Source: Dethiobacter sp. (GTDB lineage Bacteria; Bacillota; Dethiobacteria; DTU022; UBA8154). Taken from it: a DNA stretch of 64,000 bases. Numbering within the stretch: the first letter of the stretch is position 1; every line of letters begins with the position of its first letter. The stretch is from the NCBI GenBank assembly GCA_003605065.1, contig QZJM01000070.1:6382-70381 (forward strand), read 5' to 3'. The translations under genes were made by a program, and so were the position numbers. Shown here in pieces: positions 63,596 through 64,000 of this stretch. The notes beneath the pieces are model-generated. The model was not told where the DNA came from, made no database searches, and was given only the letters and a program-made list of their open reading frames with translations.

Positions 63596-64000
63596 ATGTC
63601 AATGCCCGAAGAGAAAATGGAAAGAAAAGAGTTCTTTAAATTTTTAGCTGGTTCTGTTTCCAAAACAGGTTATAAATACCTGGATTCTTTTTTTGAAATG
63701 AATCTAATTTTCGGTGAAAAGTGGGTTAAAGCTATACACCAAGGTGAGCTGCAATCATTGCCTAAAATGATTTTATTAAATGGAAAATGGCTCTTTCTTC
63801 AAGGTGAAGGCAAATTATCTTTTAAAGCTGTATGCCCAAAAGATAATGCTTTTCTCCAGCATCAGCTTCCTGCAAACCACCTTTTTTGCCCGCGATGTTT
63901 CCGGTTATATGACTCCTTTACCGGCCATTGCCTGTTAAAGGGGGAAGATAATATATCTCTGGAGTCCATACATGTTAAAATCACGGAAGAGGGGGGGTTT
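63596..64000 (+). CDS. Rieske-fold-like protein with atypical ligands (3' truncated by window edge)
   Basis: Not in the ORF track; ATG 63596 behind AGGGG, open to the end: MSMPEEKMERKEFFKFLAG...AVCPKDNAFL...LFCPRCFRLYDSFTGHCL...LESIHVKITEEGGF. Confidence 0.7.
   Translation, partial: MSMPEEKMERKEFFKFLAGSVSKTGYKYLDSFFEMNLIFGEKWVKAIHQGELQSLPKMILLNGKWLFLQGEGKLSFKAVCPKDNAFLQHQLPANHLFCPRCFRLYDSFTGHCLLKGEDNISLESIHVKITEEGGF

Overview
A chromosomal backbone segment from an anaerobic, endospore-forming Bacillota (Clostridia-like) bacterium. About 48 kb is the conserved sporulation/housekeeping region: 3' end of dxs, tlyA, nadK, recN, spoIVB, spo0A, a steA/steB-glycosyltransferase-DUF3866 cluster, spoIIM, xerD, deoB, pdp, dacF, spoIIAA/AB/sigF, dodecin, spoVAC/AD/AE/AF, a dehydratase-like gene pair, a tRNA nucleotidyltransferase, trpS, scpAB, ytfJ, dacB, spmAB, rluB, cmk, plsC, ispH-rpsA, DUF1614-spoIIP-YIEGIA cluster, der, plsY, gpsA and spoIVA. 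A more accessory-looking block follows (lipid kinase, orphan MreB paralog, PrcB-type lipoprotein, TPR remnant, DMT transporter, C69 peptidase), then tRNA-Pro(GGG), speD/speE/ndk and a formate dehydrogenase locus (fdhE, Tat-exported selenocysteine alpha subunit with SECIS, Fe-S beta subunit, NarL-type regulator, and a partial Rieske-like ORF running off the end). No transposase, phage gene or CRISPR array was seen. The most notable observations are an MreB paralog with natural substitutions at the catalytic E136 and D158 positions, a Rieske-fold ORF with altered metal ligands, a dispersed hairpin element present twice, a spoVAC lacking a canonical start codon, a hairpin with both arms tandemly duplicated, a degraded fdhE paralog and Sec recoding. 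Family names come from motif recognition and gene context only; no database searches were run. Promoter calls are by-eye consensus matches.
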